Of a DNA stretch of 64,000 nucleotides, positions 1 through 9,474 are shown piece by piece. The translations under genes were made by a program, and so were the position numbers. This DNA is from Candidatus Saccharimonadia bacterium (GTDB lineage Bacteria > Patescibacteriota > Saccharimonadia > UBA4664), in assembly GCA_041743505.1 (NCBI GenBank), contig JBGTMQ010000019.1, positions 6,147-70,146 on the forward strand, written 5' to 3'. Every line of letters starts with the position of its first letter. Position 1 is the first letter of the stretch. The notes beneath the pieces were generated by a model. That model did not search any database, had not been told where the DNA came from, and saw nothing but the letters and a program-made list of their open reading frames with translations.

Positions 1-1386
1 GGCTGGGCGTACAATGATCGAGTCAATAGCCCAATGATGAAAGAATGGCTCGGCAAAGTCGTAGGAGGTGAGGGCGAAGACTTAACCAGACACGACAAGT
101 GGCTTTGTATGATGCTGCCACGCCTTAAACTCCTCCGGGAACTATTGACTGAAGATGGCGCGATATTCATAAGTATTGATGACAATGAACAGCACAATCT
201 GCGAACCCTTATGGACGAAATCTTTGGAGACCAGAACTTCGTTGCTAGCATTGTTTGGCAAAAGAAGTACTCGCCCCAGAACGATGCACGGCATTTTTCG
301 GCAATGCATGAATACGTAGTGGCATACGCAAGAAGTATCGACAAATGGCAGAGAAATCTAATGCCAAGAACTGCAAAGCAGGATGATGCCTATAAAAACC
401 CCGATAATGATTCAAGAGGTCCGTGGAAGCCCAGTGACCTAACACGAGCCGAGCATCGTGATCGTGATTACTACGTCATAACCACACCGTCCGGAAAAGA
501 AGTACTCCCTGCTAAAGGCAGGAGCTGGAGCAGGCCTGTAGATGAAATAAAGCGACTACGCGAAGATAATCGTCTATGGTTCGGAACGAGGGGAGACTCA
601 ATACCGTCCCTTAAGAGATTCTTATCTGAAGTCAAGGAAGGTGTGGTGCCTGTCACGCTATGGTTCCAAGATGATGTCGGGAGCACTGACTCTGCAATGA
701 AAGAACTTAAGAGCATATTCGATGGGAACGGTCAGATTGAGACCCCGAAGCCTTCCACACTTATTCGTAGAGTTATACAGCTCGCTACAGATCCCAACGA
801 TATTATCCTAGATTCATTCGCTGGATCAGGCACAACAGCCCATGCGGTTTTAGCCGCAAATAAAGAGGATGGCGGAAATCGAAAGTTCGTTCTGGTTGAA
901 ATGGAAGATTATGCCGATAAGATCACCGCTGAACGGGTACGACGCGTCATAAAAGGAGTGCCCGATTCGCGTAACGATCTACTGAGACAGGGTCTGGGTG
1001 GCACGTTCAGCTACTTTACTCTCGGCAAGGCTATCGAAACCGAAAGCCTATTAAGTGGCAAACATTTACCGAGCTATGAAGAACTTGCTAGATATGTTTT
1101 CTACACCGCCACAGGCGAAGACTTTGACCCATTTAAGCTTAATGAAATTAAGCATTTTGCTGGATCAAGCAGCTATCATGATGTATACGTCTACTACAAA
1201 CCAGACCTCGAGTATCTCAAAAGCACAGCCTTGACGCTTGATGAAGCTCGCCGCTTACGCAAAGAAGTGGGAGATCGACCGCTACTGGTATTCGCACCAA
1301 CTAAGTACATCGAGCAAACCGAATTGGATAATCTCAAAATAAGCTTTTGCCAACTGCCCTTTGAGATATATAAATTGAAGGTATAA
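1..1386 (+). CDS. mod: Type III restriction-modification DNA methyltransferase (Mod), N-terminus likely truncated by window edge
   Basis: N6/N4 DNA-methylase domain with the AdoMet-binding motif DSFAGSGTTAHAV. The gene ends 6 nt before a Res-type helicase ORF, which is the classic Mod-Res order. The ORF abuts the window start. Confidence 0.8.
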   Translation, partial: GWAYNDRVNSPMMKEWLGKVVGGEGEDLTRHDKWLCMMLPRLKLLRELLTEDGAIFISIDDNEQHNLRTLMDEIFGDQNFVASIVWQKKYSPQNDARHFSAMHEYVVAYARSIDKWQRNLMPRTAKQDDAYKNPDNDSRGPWKPSDLTRAEHRDRDYYVITTPSGKEVLPAKGRSWSRPVDEIKRLREDNRLWFGTRGDSIPSLKRFLSEVKEGVVPVTLWFQDDVGSTDSAMKELKSIFDGNGQIETPKPSTLIRRVIQLATDPNDIILDSFAGSGTTAHAVLAANKEDGGNRKFVLVEMEDYADKITAERVRRVIKGVPDSRNDLLRQGLGGTFSYFTLGKAIETESLLSGKHLPSYEELARYVFYTATGEDFDPFKLNEIKHFAGSSSYHDVYVYYKPDLEYLKSTALTLDEARRLRKEVGDRPLLVFAPTKYIEQTELDNLKISFCQLPFEIYKLKV

Positions 1387-1392
1387 TCCGCT

Positions 1393-3918
1393 ATGGAGCT
1401 AAAAGAATACCAAAAGAAAGTTGTAAACCGCCTCAGCGAATACTTGCAGGCTCTTAGCACTGAAAAAAACCGCTATGAGCGGCTGAACGCCGTTGAGCCA
1501 GACCTTGCCGCCGAATTCAACTATCCCAAACGAGCTTGGGAGACAATCGGGCTACGCAATTACCACTCAGCGGTGAACGGCATCAACCAACCCTTGCCAC
1601 ACCTCTACTTCAAAGTGCCTACTGGCGGAGGTAAAACACTACTTGCATGTCACGCGGTTGATCTAATCCACAAGCTCTATTTACAAAAGCAGCACGGCCT
1701 TGTCCTGTGGATCGTACCAACCACACAGATTTACCGCCAAACTCTCAAAAGCCTGCGTGACCGTCACCATCCATACCGTCAAGTACTCGATGTATCTAGT
1801 GGTGGGCGCACAATGATCTTAGAAAAACTAGATCAATTTAACGTTGACGACGTAGCTAGTAACCTTTGCGTGCTCTTACTCATGTTGCCCTCAGCTTCTC
1901 GTCAGACCAAAGAAACGCTCAAAGTATTCAAGGACAATACCGGCTACACTAGCTTTTTTCCTGCCGAAGATGCGTACAAGCTCCAGAAAGAGCTTCTAGA
2001 CAAATATCCCAACTTAGACACCTTTAGCGAGAGTGATGGTCTTTTTGGGCACATACCAAAAACGTCACTTGGCAATGCCCTCCGAATGCTAAGGCCAATA
2101 ACAATCGTCGATGAAGGTCATAAGGCATATTCGGAGATGGCCCGAAGCACTATTTACGGCTTTAACCCCAGCTTTGTGCTTGAACTATCTGCAACGCCTC
2201 CCGAAAACACCAATCGCCTCGTCGCCATTACGGGCCGTGAGCTGAATGATGAGCAGATGATTAAGCTCGATCTACATCTGATTAATAAAAATACTTCTGA
2301 CTGGCAAGACACCATGAATGAAGCGGTTGCATGGCGGGCCGAACTTGAGCAAAAAGCCAAAGAGTACGAGCAAAACACTAATAACTACATCCGCCCAATC
2401 ATGCTCGTACAGGTTGAGAGAACTGGCAAAGATCAGCGAGACGGCAAGTTTATTCATGCCGAAGACATCCGCGAATACCTGATAAAGCAATGTATGATTC
2501 CGAATGAGCAAATCGCCGTCAAGTCTTCTGATAAAGACGAGATTGAGAATATAGACCTGTTAGAACGTGGCTGCCATATTCGCTTCATTATCACCAAACA
2601 GGCACTACAAGAGGGCTGGGATTGTCCTTTCGCCTATGTACTTACTGCACTTACTAAATCTCAATCCGAAACGGCCATGACACAACTTATTGGCCGTGTA
2701 TTGCGTCAGCCCTACGCCCGCAAGTCCGGCATAAAAGAACTTGACGAGTGTTACGTATACTCTTTCCAGCACGACACCGCAAAGCTCGTTGGTGGGATTA
2801 AAAAAAATCTAGAGGGCGAAGGCCTGGGTGATGTAATCGGCCGCATCAATGTTGAGTCAGATGGTGACGAGAATCCAGACTATGAACCAGAAAGAACCCT
2901 GCGCTACCGGAAGCAATTCAAGAAGTTTGAAGGCCGCGTATATTTGCCAGTATTCGCGATTGAATCAGAAAGCTCATGGCGTGAACTGAGCTATGAGACC
3001 GATCTACTTGGCCGGCTCGACTGGTCAAAGGTTGACCTGTCAGCTATAGACTCGCTCAGCCTAGAGCAGCGCACCGTAGATGATGATATTCGGGCCTTGG
3101 GGTATGGCGCTAGCGGGGAGCTAGACATGACAGCGCAGCAAGAGCGATCATTTGAGTCAGAACTGAGTGACGAATATGTGACACGCCAGATTATCGATAT
3201 CGTGCCTAACCCGTGGCTCGCATATGGTGTGGCGCGGGACTTTCTAATCAGACTTCAAAAACGCTATGACAAAGAAATTGTAGCTTCAAATTTAGTGTAC
3301 GCAGTCGAACGGCTTAAAAGTCTCTTATTTGAGCAACGCAATATACTATCTGAGCAAGTATTTCGCAAACTCCTAAAAGGAGGCACATTGCGCTTCTACT
3401 TATTGAAAGGCGCCAGTCATTCAATGATCCCTAGTAGTATCACTATGCAAACCAGACGACGCTTGACCCACGCGGACGGTGAGCAGATACAAGCCAGTCT
3501 GTTTGATTATATCCCAGCCGAGAGTATCAACGGACTAGAGGAAGAAGTGGCTTTATACCTGGATCGTCAGCAAAAGCTACTGTGGTGGTATCGCAATATG
3601 GCCAAAGCTGATTATCGCATTCAGGGTTGGAAACCCGGTCGGGTGTATCCGGACTTTATTACGGCCGCGAAAGCCGAGGACGAAACGACTTACGATAAAC
3701 TTTATGTCCTCGAAACCAAGGGCGAACATCTGTTGGGTAATGAAGACACAGAGTATAAGCGGCAGTTACTAGAACTTTGCAACGAGCAAGCGGTTGAGAA
3801 AAATTGGCAGGAGCTTGATCTTGGTTTTGGTGAGTCAGATTTTGTATTTCAGATGGTCAATGAAGATGGCTGGAAATCACAGCTTAGTGGTCTGCTGGCT
3901 AATAGCGATAAGGCCTAG
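1393..3918 (+). CDS. res: Type III restriction endonuclease Res subunit (SF2 helicase/nuclease)
   Basis: Walker A motif PTGGGKTLLA and DEGH box (IVDEGHKA). Length of 841 aa and position immediately after Mod. Confidence 0.8.
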   Translation: MELKEYQKKVVNRLSEYLQALSTEKNRYERLNAVEPDLAAEFNYPKRAWETIGLRNYHSAVNGINQPLPHLYFKVPTGGGKTLLACHAVDLIHKLYLQKQHGLVLWIVPTTQIYRQTLKSLRDRHHPYRQVLDVSSGGRTMILEKLDQFNVDDVASNLCVLLLMLPSASRQTKETLKVFKDNTGYTSFFPAEDAYKLQKELLDKYPNLDTFSESDGLFGHIPKTSLGNALRMLRPITIVDEGHKAYSEMARSTIYGFNPSFVLELSATPPENTNRLVAITGRELNDEQMIKLDLHLINKNTSDWQDTMNEAVAWRAELEQKAKEYEQNTNNYIRPIMLVQVERTGKDQRDGKFIHAEDIREYLIKQCMIPNEQIAVKSSDKDEIENIDLLERGCHIRFIITKQALQEGWDCPFAYVLTALTKSQSETAMTQLIGRVLRQPYARKSGIKELDECYVYSFQHDTAKLVGGIKKNLEGEGLGDVIGRINVESDGDENPDYEPERTLRYRKQFKKFEGRVYLPVFAIESESSWRELSYETDLLGRLDWSKVDLSAIDSLSLEQRTVDDDIRALGYGASGELDMTAQQERSFESELSDEYVTRQIIDIVPNPWLAYGVARDFLIRLQKRYDKEIVASNLVYAVERLKSLLFEQRNILSEQVFRKLLKGGTLRFYLLKGASHSMIPSSITMQTRRRLTHADGEQIQASLFDYIPAESINGLEEEVALYLDRQQKLLWWYRNMAKADYRIQGWKPGRVYPDFITAAKAEDETTYDKLYVLETKGEHLLGNEDTEYKRQLLELCNEQAVEKNWQELDLGFGESDFVFQMVNEDGWKSQLSGLLANSDKA

Positions 3919-3956
3919 TAATACAACAATTAAGGTTGCGTGGTAAAATATACCCA

Positions 3957-4169
3957 ATGGGTAAAGCAACGACACCAGGACAAATTTTAAAAGAGGCCCG
4001 ACTTAAAAAAGGATGGACTCAGGTTGAACTCGCTAAAAAGGCCGGGTTGGGCGAAAATACATACCCCAAGATTGAGCGTAATGTCAGTAAGCCTGCTCCT
4101 GAGTCAATCAAGAGACTCATGAAAGTTCTTGATATTGATCCCTCGAAGCTCCCGTATTTGCTTGGTTAA
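3957..4169 (+). CDS. XRE-family helix-turn-helix transcriptional regulator (possible RM controller)
   Basis: HTH_XRE signature LKEARLKKGWTQVELAKKAGL...IER. Small ORF directly after res. An alternative TTG start lies at 3936. Confidence 0.7.
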   Translation: MGKATTPGQILKEARLKKGWTQVELAKKAGLGENTYPKIERNVSKPAPESIKRLMKVLDIDPSKLPYLLG

Positions 4170-4173
4170 GGTG

Positions 4174-4653
4174 CTATCTCCCTAATAACTTGTCAAGCTT
4201 CACAAAACTAATCATTTGGCGCGTAAGCTCCTCCGACTCAATCCGGCGCATTACCTCGCAACTATCGTTCTGAGAAAGAATATTTAGGCTACCCTCGTAC
4301 AGGATATAACCGTCAAGGATAGCCAACTTGCGGTGATGATTACCGGTAAATAGCACTGAAACTCCGATATCCTGAAGCAATGAGACTACCTCATTGGCCA
4401 CTATGTTCATCGGGGAGTCATGTTCTATAGGATCACGGGTATTGATTACTACACGAACCCCTCTTTTCGTAAGCCTACGAAATGAGGGGTAAAGCGCATT
4501 CATGCGCTTATGGGTTATAAACGGACATTCAATAAATAGCACACGTTTACACTTCTCAATATCCTTCATGAAAGCTGGATAGAAAGTCTGTTCGTTGAAG
4601 AGCTTTGATTGCACTAGATTGTCGTCCGCCCGACGCCGGAATATACTTAGCAT
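4174..4653 (-). CDS. Single-domain phospholipase D-family (HKD) nuclease, Nuc/BfiI-like
   Basis: Canonical HxK(x4)D(x6)GSxN motif HHRKLAILDGYILYEGSLN in a 159-aa protein. Good RBS (GAGGAAccatcATG). Confidence 0.75.
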   Translation of the reverse strand: MLSIFRRRADDNLVQSKLFNEQTFYPAFMKDIEKCKRVLFIECPFITHKRMNALYPSFRRLTKRGVRVVINTRDPIEHDSPMNIVANEVVSLLQDIGVSVLFTGNHHRKLAILDGYILYEGSLNILSQNDSCEVMRRIESEELTRQMISFVKLDKLLGR

Positions 4654-4906
4654 GATGGTTCCTCATCGGGCTCGTCCAAGAGTCGCCGGACTTCTTCAAC
4701 ATCACACTCCTCATCCTCTTCAAAAGGTTGGACTACGCCCTCTAAGCCCAGCCAAGAAATTATTTCAACATCCGGCATATGTAAACAGCACTATAATGCT
4801 TGCAATATATCAGATAATATGGCATATTAAGGAACGACTTGCATTACGCAGTCGTTCTTTGGTCTAGAAATATCCGAATCAATCCCCCGATCGGAAGGAG
4901 CTGGAG

Positions 4907-6286
4907 ATGAAACCTCTGGCTAGACAGTCCTTAGGCAGTAGTCTGGTAGGCCGGACCTTGACCGTACTAAGTGTTGCAGCATTAGCGGCGCTTGGAGCTA
5001 CTCCCGCTGCATCGGCAGACGAGGACGAGGCGCTGGAAAGAGCCAGTGCTATCGCCAAGTCGGCGTCCGTTAAGATAGTCACCGAATATACCGGGTACAT
5101 CTACTACACAAACGCCGATGGCTTTGTGTGGTCAGACGATGCTTATGTCATCAAAAGTGGTTGCACCGGCTTCGCGGTCAGTCCCGACGGCCACATTCTC
5201 ACCGCCGGCCATTGCGCCGATCCTGGCGAGGTAACCGCGAAATTCTTCGAAGGTTTCCTCACCGATCAGGTCAAGGAAGGCCTGATAACGGTACAGACTG
5301 CTAATGAATTGCTGGCTGACCCCACCGCCACCAAAGGCTGGAAGGTCGCCGGCTCTCCGAGCAGCGCAGCCGCCAACGTGAAAGTCGAGGTTACACAAAC
5401 CGTCGCTGCCACAGGTATCTCGGTTGGTAAGCCCTATCAGGCAGTAGTCCTTGAAAACCAACCACTCGATAGAGGCGACATCACGCTGCTCAAAGTGGAA
5501 CCAAACGAGCCGATGCCGTCCCTGCAAATATCACGCGCCAAGCCTAAAAACGGCGATTTCGTCGTCGCGGCAGGATGGCCGGCTTCGGTTGAGGGAGTTG
5601 TAGACCCTGGCTCAGAACCCACCGTCGAGGACGGACGAGTCACGAACGACAGTCAGACCTCAAACGGAAGCCCGTTCATCCAGACCAATGCACCCGTAAG
5701 TCAGGGTATGAGCGGGGGACCGGTCGTTAACAGGCAGGACGAGGCCGTCGGTCTCAACAGCTACGGCCCAAGCAAAGAGACCCAGTCGTTCAACTTCGCA
5801 GCCGGTCTCTCTACGCTCCAGGGCGTAATTGACCGTCATTCGATCAGCCAGGAGCTCAGTCCAGCCGACAAAGCCTTCCGGGACGGGCTTGATGCCTATT
5901 TCGAAGGTAAATACCGCTCTGCAGCTGAGCACTTCACGAGCACACTAGACACCATCCCAAGCCACGCGCAAGCTCAGAAGTACAAGGGCTTAGCAATCCA
6001 GAACTACCCGAACGAGAAGACAAGCTTCCTCTGGATCGCGATCTGGGCACTCGTCGGATTGGCAATCATCGGTCTACTCGCGCTACTGGTAATTCGAGTC
6101 ATACTTCCCCGAAGGCGCCAGCGCAATCAAGCAACGCTAGCGGGCCAGTCGGCTCCGGCCACCAGGAAACACTGCCCCGACTGCGGGCAAATGTACTCCA
6201 CAGCCGGAAAGTTCTGCACCGCTACTGGCCGGTCACATGACGGTCCTCAGGATTACCCAACCGAACAGCTGGGTCCCATCAGCTGA
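4907..6286 (+). CDS. Membrane-anchored trypsin-like (S1) serine peptidase with C-terminal zinc-ribbon
   Basis: N-terminal signal peptide. Catalytic His motif TAGHCAD and serine motif GMSGGP. A TM helix (WIAIWALVGLAIIGLLALLVI) is followed by a cytoplasmic tail with CPDCG...CTATG. RBS is GGAAGGAG. Confidence 0.75.
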   Translation: MKPLARQSLGSSLVGRTLTVLSVAALAALGATPAASADEDEALERASAIAKSASVKIVTEYTGYIYYTNADGFVWSDDAYVIKSGCTGFAVSPDGHILTAGHCADPGEVTAKFFEGFLTDQVKEGLITVQTANELLADPTATKGWKVAGSPSSAAANVKVEVTQTVAATGISVGKPYQAVVLENQPLDRGDITLLKVEPNEPMPSLQISRAKPKNGDFVVAAGWPASVEGVVDPGSEPTVEDGRVTNDSQTSNGSPFIQTNAPVSQGMSGGPVVNRQDEAVGLNSYGPSKETQSFNFAAGLSTLQGVIDRHSISQELSPADKAFRDGLDAYFEGKYRSAAEHFTSTLDTIPSHAQAQKYKGLAIQNYPNEKTSFLWIAIWALVGLAIIGLLALLVIRVILPRRRQRNQATLAGQSAPATRKHCPDCGQMYSTAGKFCTATGRSHDGPQDYPTEQLGPIS

Positions 6287-6310
6287 CGGACAAGATCATT
6301 CTACTACCAC

Positions 6311-6340
6311 CCGCATCAACCAGATGCGGGCTTTTACTTA
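6311..6340. terminator. Intrinsic terminator hairpin (CCCGCATC..GATGCGGG + TTTTACTT) after the protease gene
   Basis: GC-rich inverted repeat followed by a T-run on the + strand. An A-run precedes it, so it may also act on the minus-strand micro-ORF. Confidence 0.6.
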
Positions 6341-6587
6341 TACAGACTTCTTATCTTTTTTGACGCTCTTGGGCTTCTTCGTTTCTTTTTTCTTATTTTG
6401 ACCCTTCATGACGCCTCGCTATTCATAATGCTGCTGCTTACTATAACACGAATGCAATAAACGTCTATTGCGGTTATGGTACATTCCTGCGACAGTTAAC
6501 GCAGTAACGCGGGCTCACATGCCAAACAAAAGTCACCACCGGCTTAAACAGAAAAATCAAAAACCCGTGAGCACTCTGGAGCAAGTA

Positions 6588-6818
6588 ATGGTTTTGGTAG
6601 CCATTACCGAGCCACTCATGACAATACCGCAAATTATCGATATCTATGCCCACCCCGGACAAAATCAAGTCTCATTGCTAACCTGGGTATTATATTTATT
6701 CGCATCGGTCCTATGGCTTTTTTATGGTATAAAAATGCGCAACCGCCCCTTAATCTGGAGTGGTATCCTCTGGATGCTCATGGAAGGCGCAGTGGTCGGC
6801 GGCATACTGCTTTACTGA
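6588..6818 (+). CDS. SemiSWEET / PQ-loop small sugar transporter (3-TM)
   Basis: PQ motif in TM1 (MTIPQIIDIY) and WxxYG-like motif in TM2 (VLWLFYGI). About 76 aa with three hydrophobic helices. The upstream ATG at 6468 is a less likely start. Confidence 0.55.
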   Translation: MVLVAITEPLMTIPQIIDIYAHPGQNQVSLLTWVLYLFASVLWLFYGIKMRNRPLIWSGILWMLMEGAVVGGILLY

Positions 6819-6892
6819 GTAATTCACAAAAAAATAGTCCTGAGATAAGATGCAATCTAAACTGCAATCTCATCCCAGGACATTCCTAGAAA

Positions 6893-7654
6893 CTAACGCT
6901 GCTTCTGACGAAACCGGAGGTATCGCTCGTACAGCGATACGCTGCAGAGCGTCTTGCCATCGACCAACCCGCACTGGGGCAGGGTGATCAAGGCATCCTC
7001 GAGAGGAACGACAACCGGCTCTGTTTTCTCGTTCTCAATATCCAGTCCACCAGACTGCCGGCGAAGCTCAGCCAGCTGGGCGGGCGTCACAACCCCTTCA
7101 GCAGCCATGTACCAGGTCACTTCGTTGGTCATACCTGGGCTTACCAGTGCTGGGCGAGTGCTACCAGTAGCAGCTTCGGTCAAGTTAATAACCGGCCCCC
7201 ACTTAATGCCATCGGTACCGCGAAGCTCTTCACCGCGTTCTCGAATTGCAGCGGCAATCGGGCTTGCGTCACTTGAGTCGATAATTCCGGCCGGATTGGA
7301 CAAAACCCAGTCATGAGCGGCTAGCGTGCGCGATTGGCGCACGAATGCTACATGCGGACCGGAACCATCATCGAGAACGGTCAAAATGTCCACGGTCGGG
7401 TCACGCAGAATACCAGCCGTCAATACTTCTCGACCATTTTGACCAAGCGTCGTGACTGCAACCTGCAGCATCTTGATCTCTTTCGGCTCCCCCCAACTGA
7501 ATGCACCCTTAATCCGCACCCCGGTAAGGTTAGTATTCGGACCAGTCTGAGAGAATTGGTTGATCCACTGACGAAACAAACGCGAGCGTAGTACCGCGTC
7601 AACGTTAACACCGGCATCAGGCGCACAGGTAATATCAAGCTCGGTAACAGACAT
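6893..7654 (-). CDS. Hypothetical protein (253 aa)
   Basis: Long ORF with RBS AGAGGAAccccgATG at the internal Met (MSVTELD). No motif recognised. Confidence 0.5.
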   Translation of the reverse strand: MSVTELDITCAPDAGVNVDAVLRSRLFRQWINQFSQTGPNTNLTGVRIKGAFSWGEPKEIKMLQVAVTTLGQNGREVLTAGILRDPTVDILTVLDDGSGPHVAFVRQSRTLAAHDWVLSNPAGIIDSSDASPIAAAIRERGEELRGTDGIKWGPVINLTEAATGSTRPALVSPGMTNEVTWYMAAEGVVTPAQLAELRRQSGGLDIENEKTEPVVVPLEDALITLPQCGLVDGKTLCSVSLYERYLRFRQKQR

Positions 7655-7749
7655 CGGGGTTCCTCTCAGTATAGAGTACCAACAGCCATCAGCGTCACTA
7701 CACTGAAATCGTCCAGTGTCATCCATTTTATACATTAATTTTTACAAGC

Positions 7750-8712
7750 TGTCAATATATCGTAATGGTTCAATAGCTTTGCACCAAGGTTGTGCTTAAA
7801 CTGTTGCCATGCCATATACCTCAAACCCCAATCTGGAACGAGTCCGCATGCAGGCGGTCAAGCTTGTAAGGGGTGGGCAAACCACCCGTGAAGTAGCCCG
7901 TCATTTGGGGTATTCTCATTCCTCGGTGGTGCGCTGGGTGCAGCGGGTAGAGAAAGAACGGCTACATGGCAATGGCGGCGTACCGACCCGTTCCTCGAAG
8001 CCTAAGTCGCATCCCCGTGCCCTCGAACCGGCAATTGTTCAGGCCATTGTCAATGAGCGTCTGAAATCCGGCCGCTGTGCCGAAGTCGTTTACGAGGATC
8101 TCAAAGAGCGAGGAGTCCAGGTTAGTTTGTCGAGTGTCAAACGCACTCTCGACCGACATGAGCTACTCAAGAAAAAATCAAAATGGAAGCGGATCCGACA
8201 ATCGTTACCAAGACCCGACATAACCGCTCCCGGAAGCCTTATTCAAATGGATACGGTTCATTTTGTCGACTGGTCTACCGGAAAACGATTCTATATTTAC
8301 ACCGTTATTGACCTGTATTCCCGCTGGGCATACGCCGAAGTCCACGACAACTTGAGTCAGGCGCTGAGTCTCAAAGTAGCCCTCCGGGCCCAGGTCAAAG
8401 CCGGTTTCGGATTCCAGATGATGCAAACGGACAACGGACCCGAATTCCAAAAATACTTTCATGACATGCTGGCTGCCAGAAAGATTGCCCTGAGGCATTC
8501 ACGGGTACGACAGAGCAACGACAATGCTCATGTGGAGCGGTTCAACCGCACCTTACAAGATGAGTGCGTGAGTTCGTATCCGCTACGGAGGAATGTGACT
8601 CAAAGACGACTAGATGAGTATCTGGATTACTACAATAATGGCCGTCGGCACATGGGAATTAACATGCGGAGACCGGCGGAAGTGGTGCAAAGCTATTGAA
8701 CGCTAAACGACA
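7750..8712 (+). mobile_element. IS481-family insertion sequence (about 963 bp)
   Basis: Single HTH+DDE (rve) transposase ORF. Terminal TGTC ends with a 19-nt perfect subterminal inverted repeat GTTCAATAGCTTTGCACCA (7773-7791, and reverse-complemented at 8682-8700). The right IR overlaps the transposase stop codon. Confidence 0.7.
7809..8699 (+). CDS. IS481-family transposase (HTH + integrase core/DDE)
   Basis: N-terminal HTH followed by an rve core (DTVHF..., TDNGPEF, ERFNRTLQDE). Confidence 0.8.
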   Translation: MPYTSNPNLERVRMQAVKLVRGGQTTREVARHLGYSHSSVVRWVQRVEKERLHGNGGVPTRSSKPKSHPRALEPAIVQAIVNERLKSGRCAEVVYEDLKERGVQVSLSSVKRTLDRHELLKKKSKWKRIRQSLPRPDITAPGSLIQMDTVHFVDWSTGKRFYIYTVIDLYSRWAYAEVHDNLSQALSLKVALRAQVKAGFGFQMMQTDNGPEFQKYFHDMLAARKIALRHSRVRQSNDNAHVERFNRTLQDECVSSYPLRRNVTQRRLDEYLDYYNNGRRHMGINMRRPAEVVQSY

Positions 8713-8762
8713 CCCTGCTAACCGGGGGGTCAGCAGGGCGCCATTTGTAGCAGCAGGTATCA

Positions 8763-9110
8763 TTAACCGGTCCCCGGCTCGAGGCCACTGACCTTCGCCG
8801 GATCGAGCTTATTGCCGCCCTTCGGGAATATGGTGCCGTGCCCAAGCAGCGGTATTGCGAAGAAGATGCGGCCGTCGCCTATGTCGCCTGGCGGCGACAT
8901 CTCGGCATCCACAAAACACTCAACGGCGCGCCGTTTTTCCCATACGAAATCCAGGCTAAGCTGTGCAGCCCAAAGCAACTTGAAGGTCACTCGTCCATTC
9001 TCCAGTGTGATGCTCTCTATGGGACCGCGATAGAGAATTCCAGACTCATGGAATTCGACATCACCACCAACGAGATCGTCCCGTTCCAGGACCTGCTGCC
9101 AGGTTGTCAC
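8763..9110 (-). CDS. Hypothetical protein; possibly the 3' part of a gene interrupted by an in-frame TGA (see 9144-9389)
   Basis: ORF with a GTG start. The upstream ORF 9144..9389 is in the same frame, separated by one TGA. Confidence 0.35.
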   Translation of the reverse strand: MTTWQQVLERDDLVGGDVEFHESGILYRGPIESITLENGRVTFKLLWAAQLSLDFVWEKRRAVECFVDAEMSPPGDIGDGRIFFAIPLLGHGTIFPKGGNKLDPAKVSGLEPGTG

Positions 9111-9474
9111 TATAAAACATCCCTTATATGTCGAAGAGTATTGTCAGTGGATCTTAACTCTCCAGCGGCCTTCCTCGTGGGATAGTATTGCAACGTGCAG
9201 CCAGTCGGCTTTTTTGGGCTGGAGAGCGATGGCCAACAAGGCTACTAGCGCATGTTCTCGTAGCAGTAGCAGGATGACCGGGCGGCCTTCTGTTCCTCCT
9301 TGGCTCGTGATCCGCTCTAGGGCTCGCCGATTACCAATGGCTTCTTTGCCATGTGCTGACCTCCTTACAAAGGTGCGGATATGGTGCAAAGCCTATAAAA
9401 TAATGACACAAAAAATAAAAAAGTAAAGGCTCCGCTGGCGGCGGAGCCTTGTGCACGTTAGTGCGGTGGGGTCT

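Noticed and set aside
9141-9143. TGA recoding (Gly) as in Gracilibacteria/SR1
   Set aside because: TGA terminates clearly conserved genes here (for example grpE ends GAT TGA), so genetic code 11 applies.
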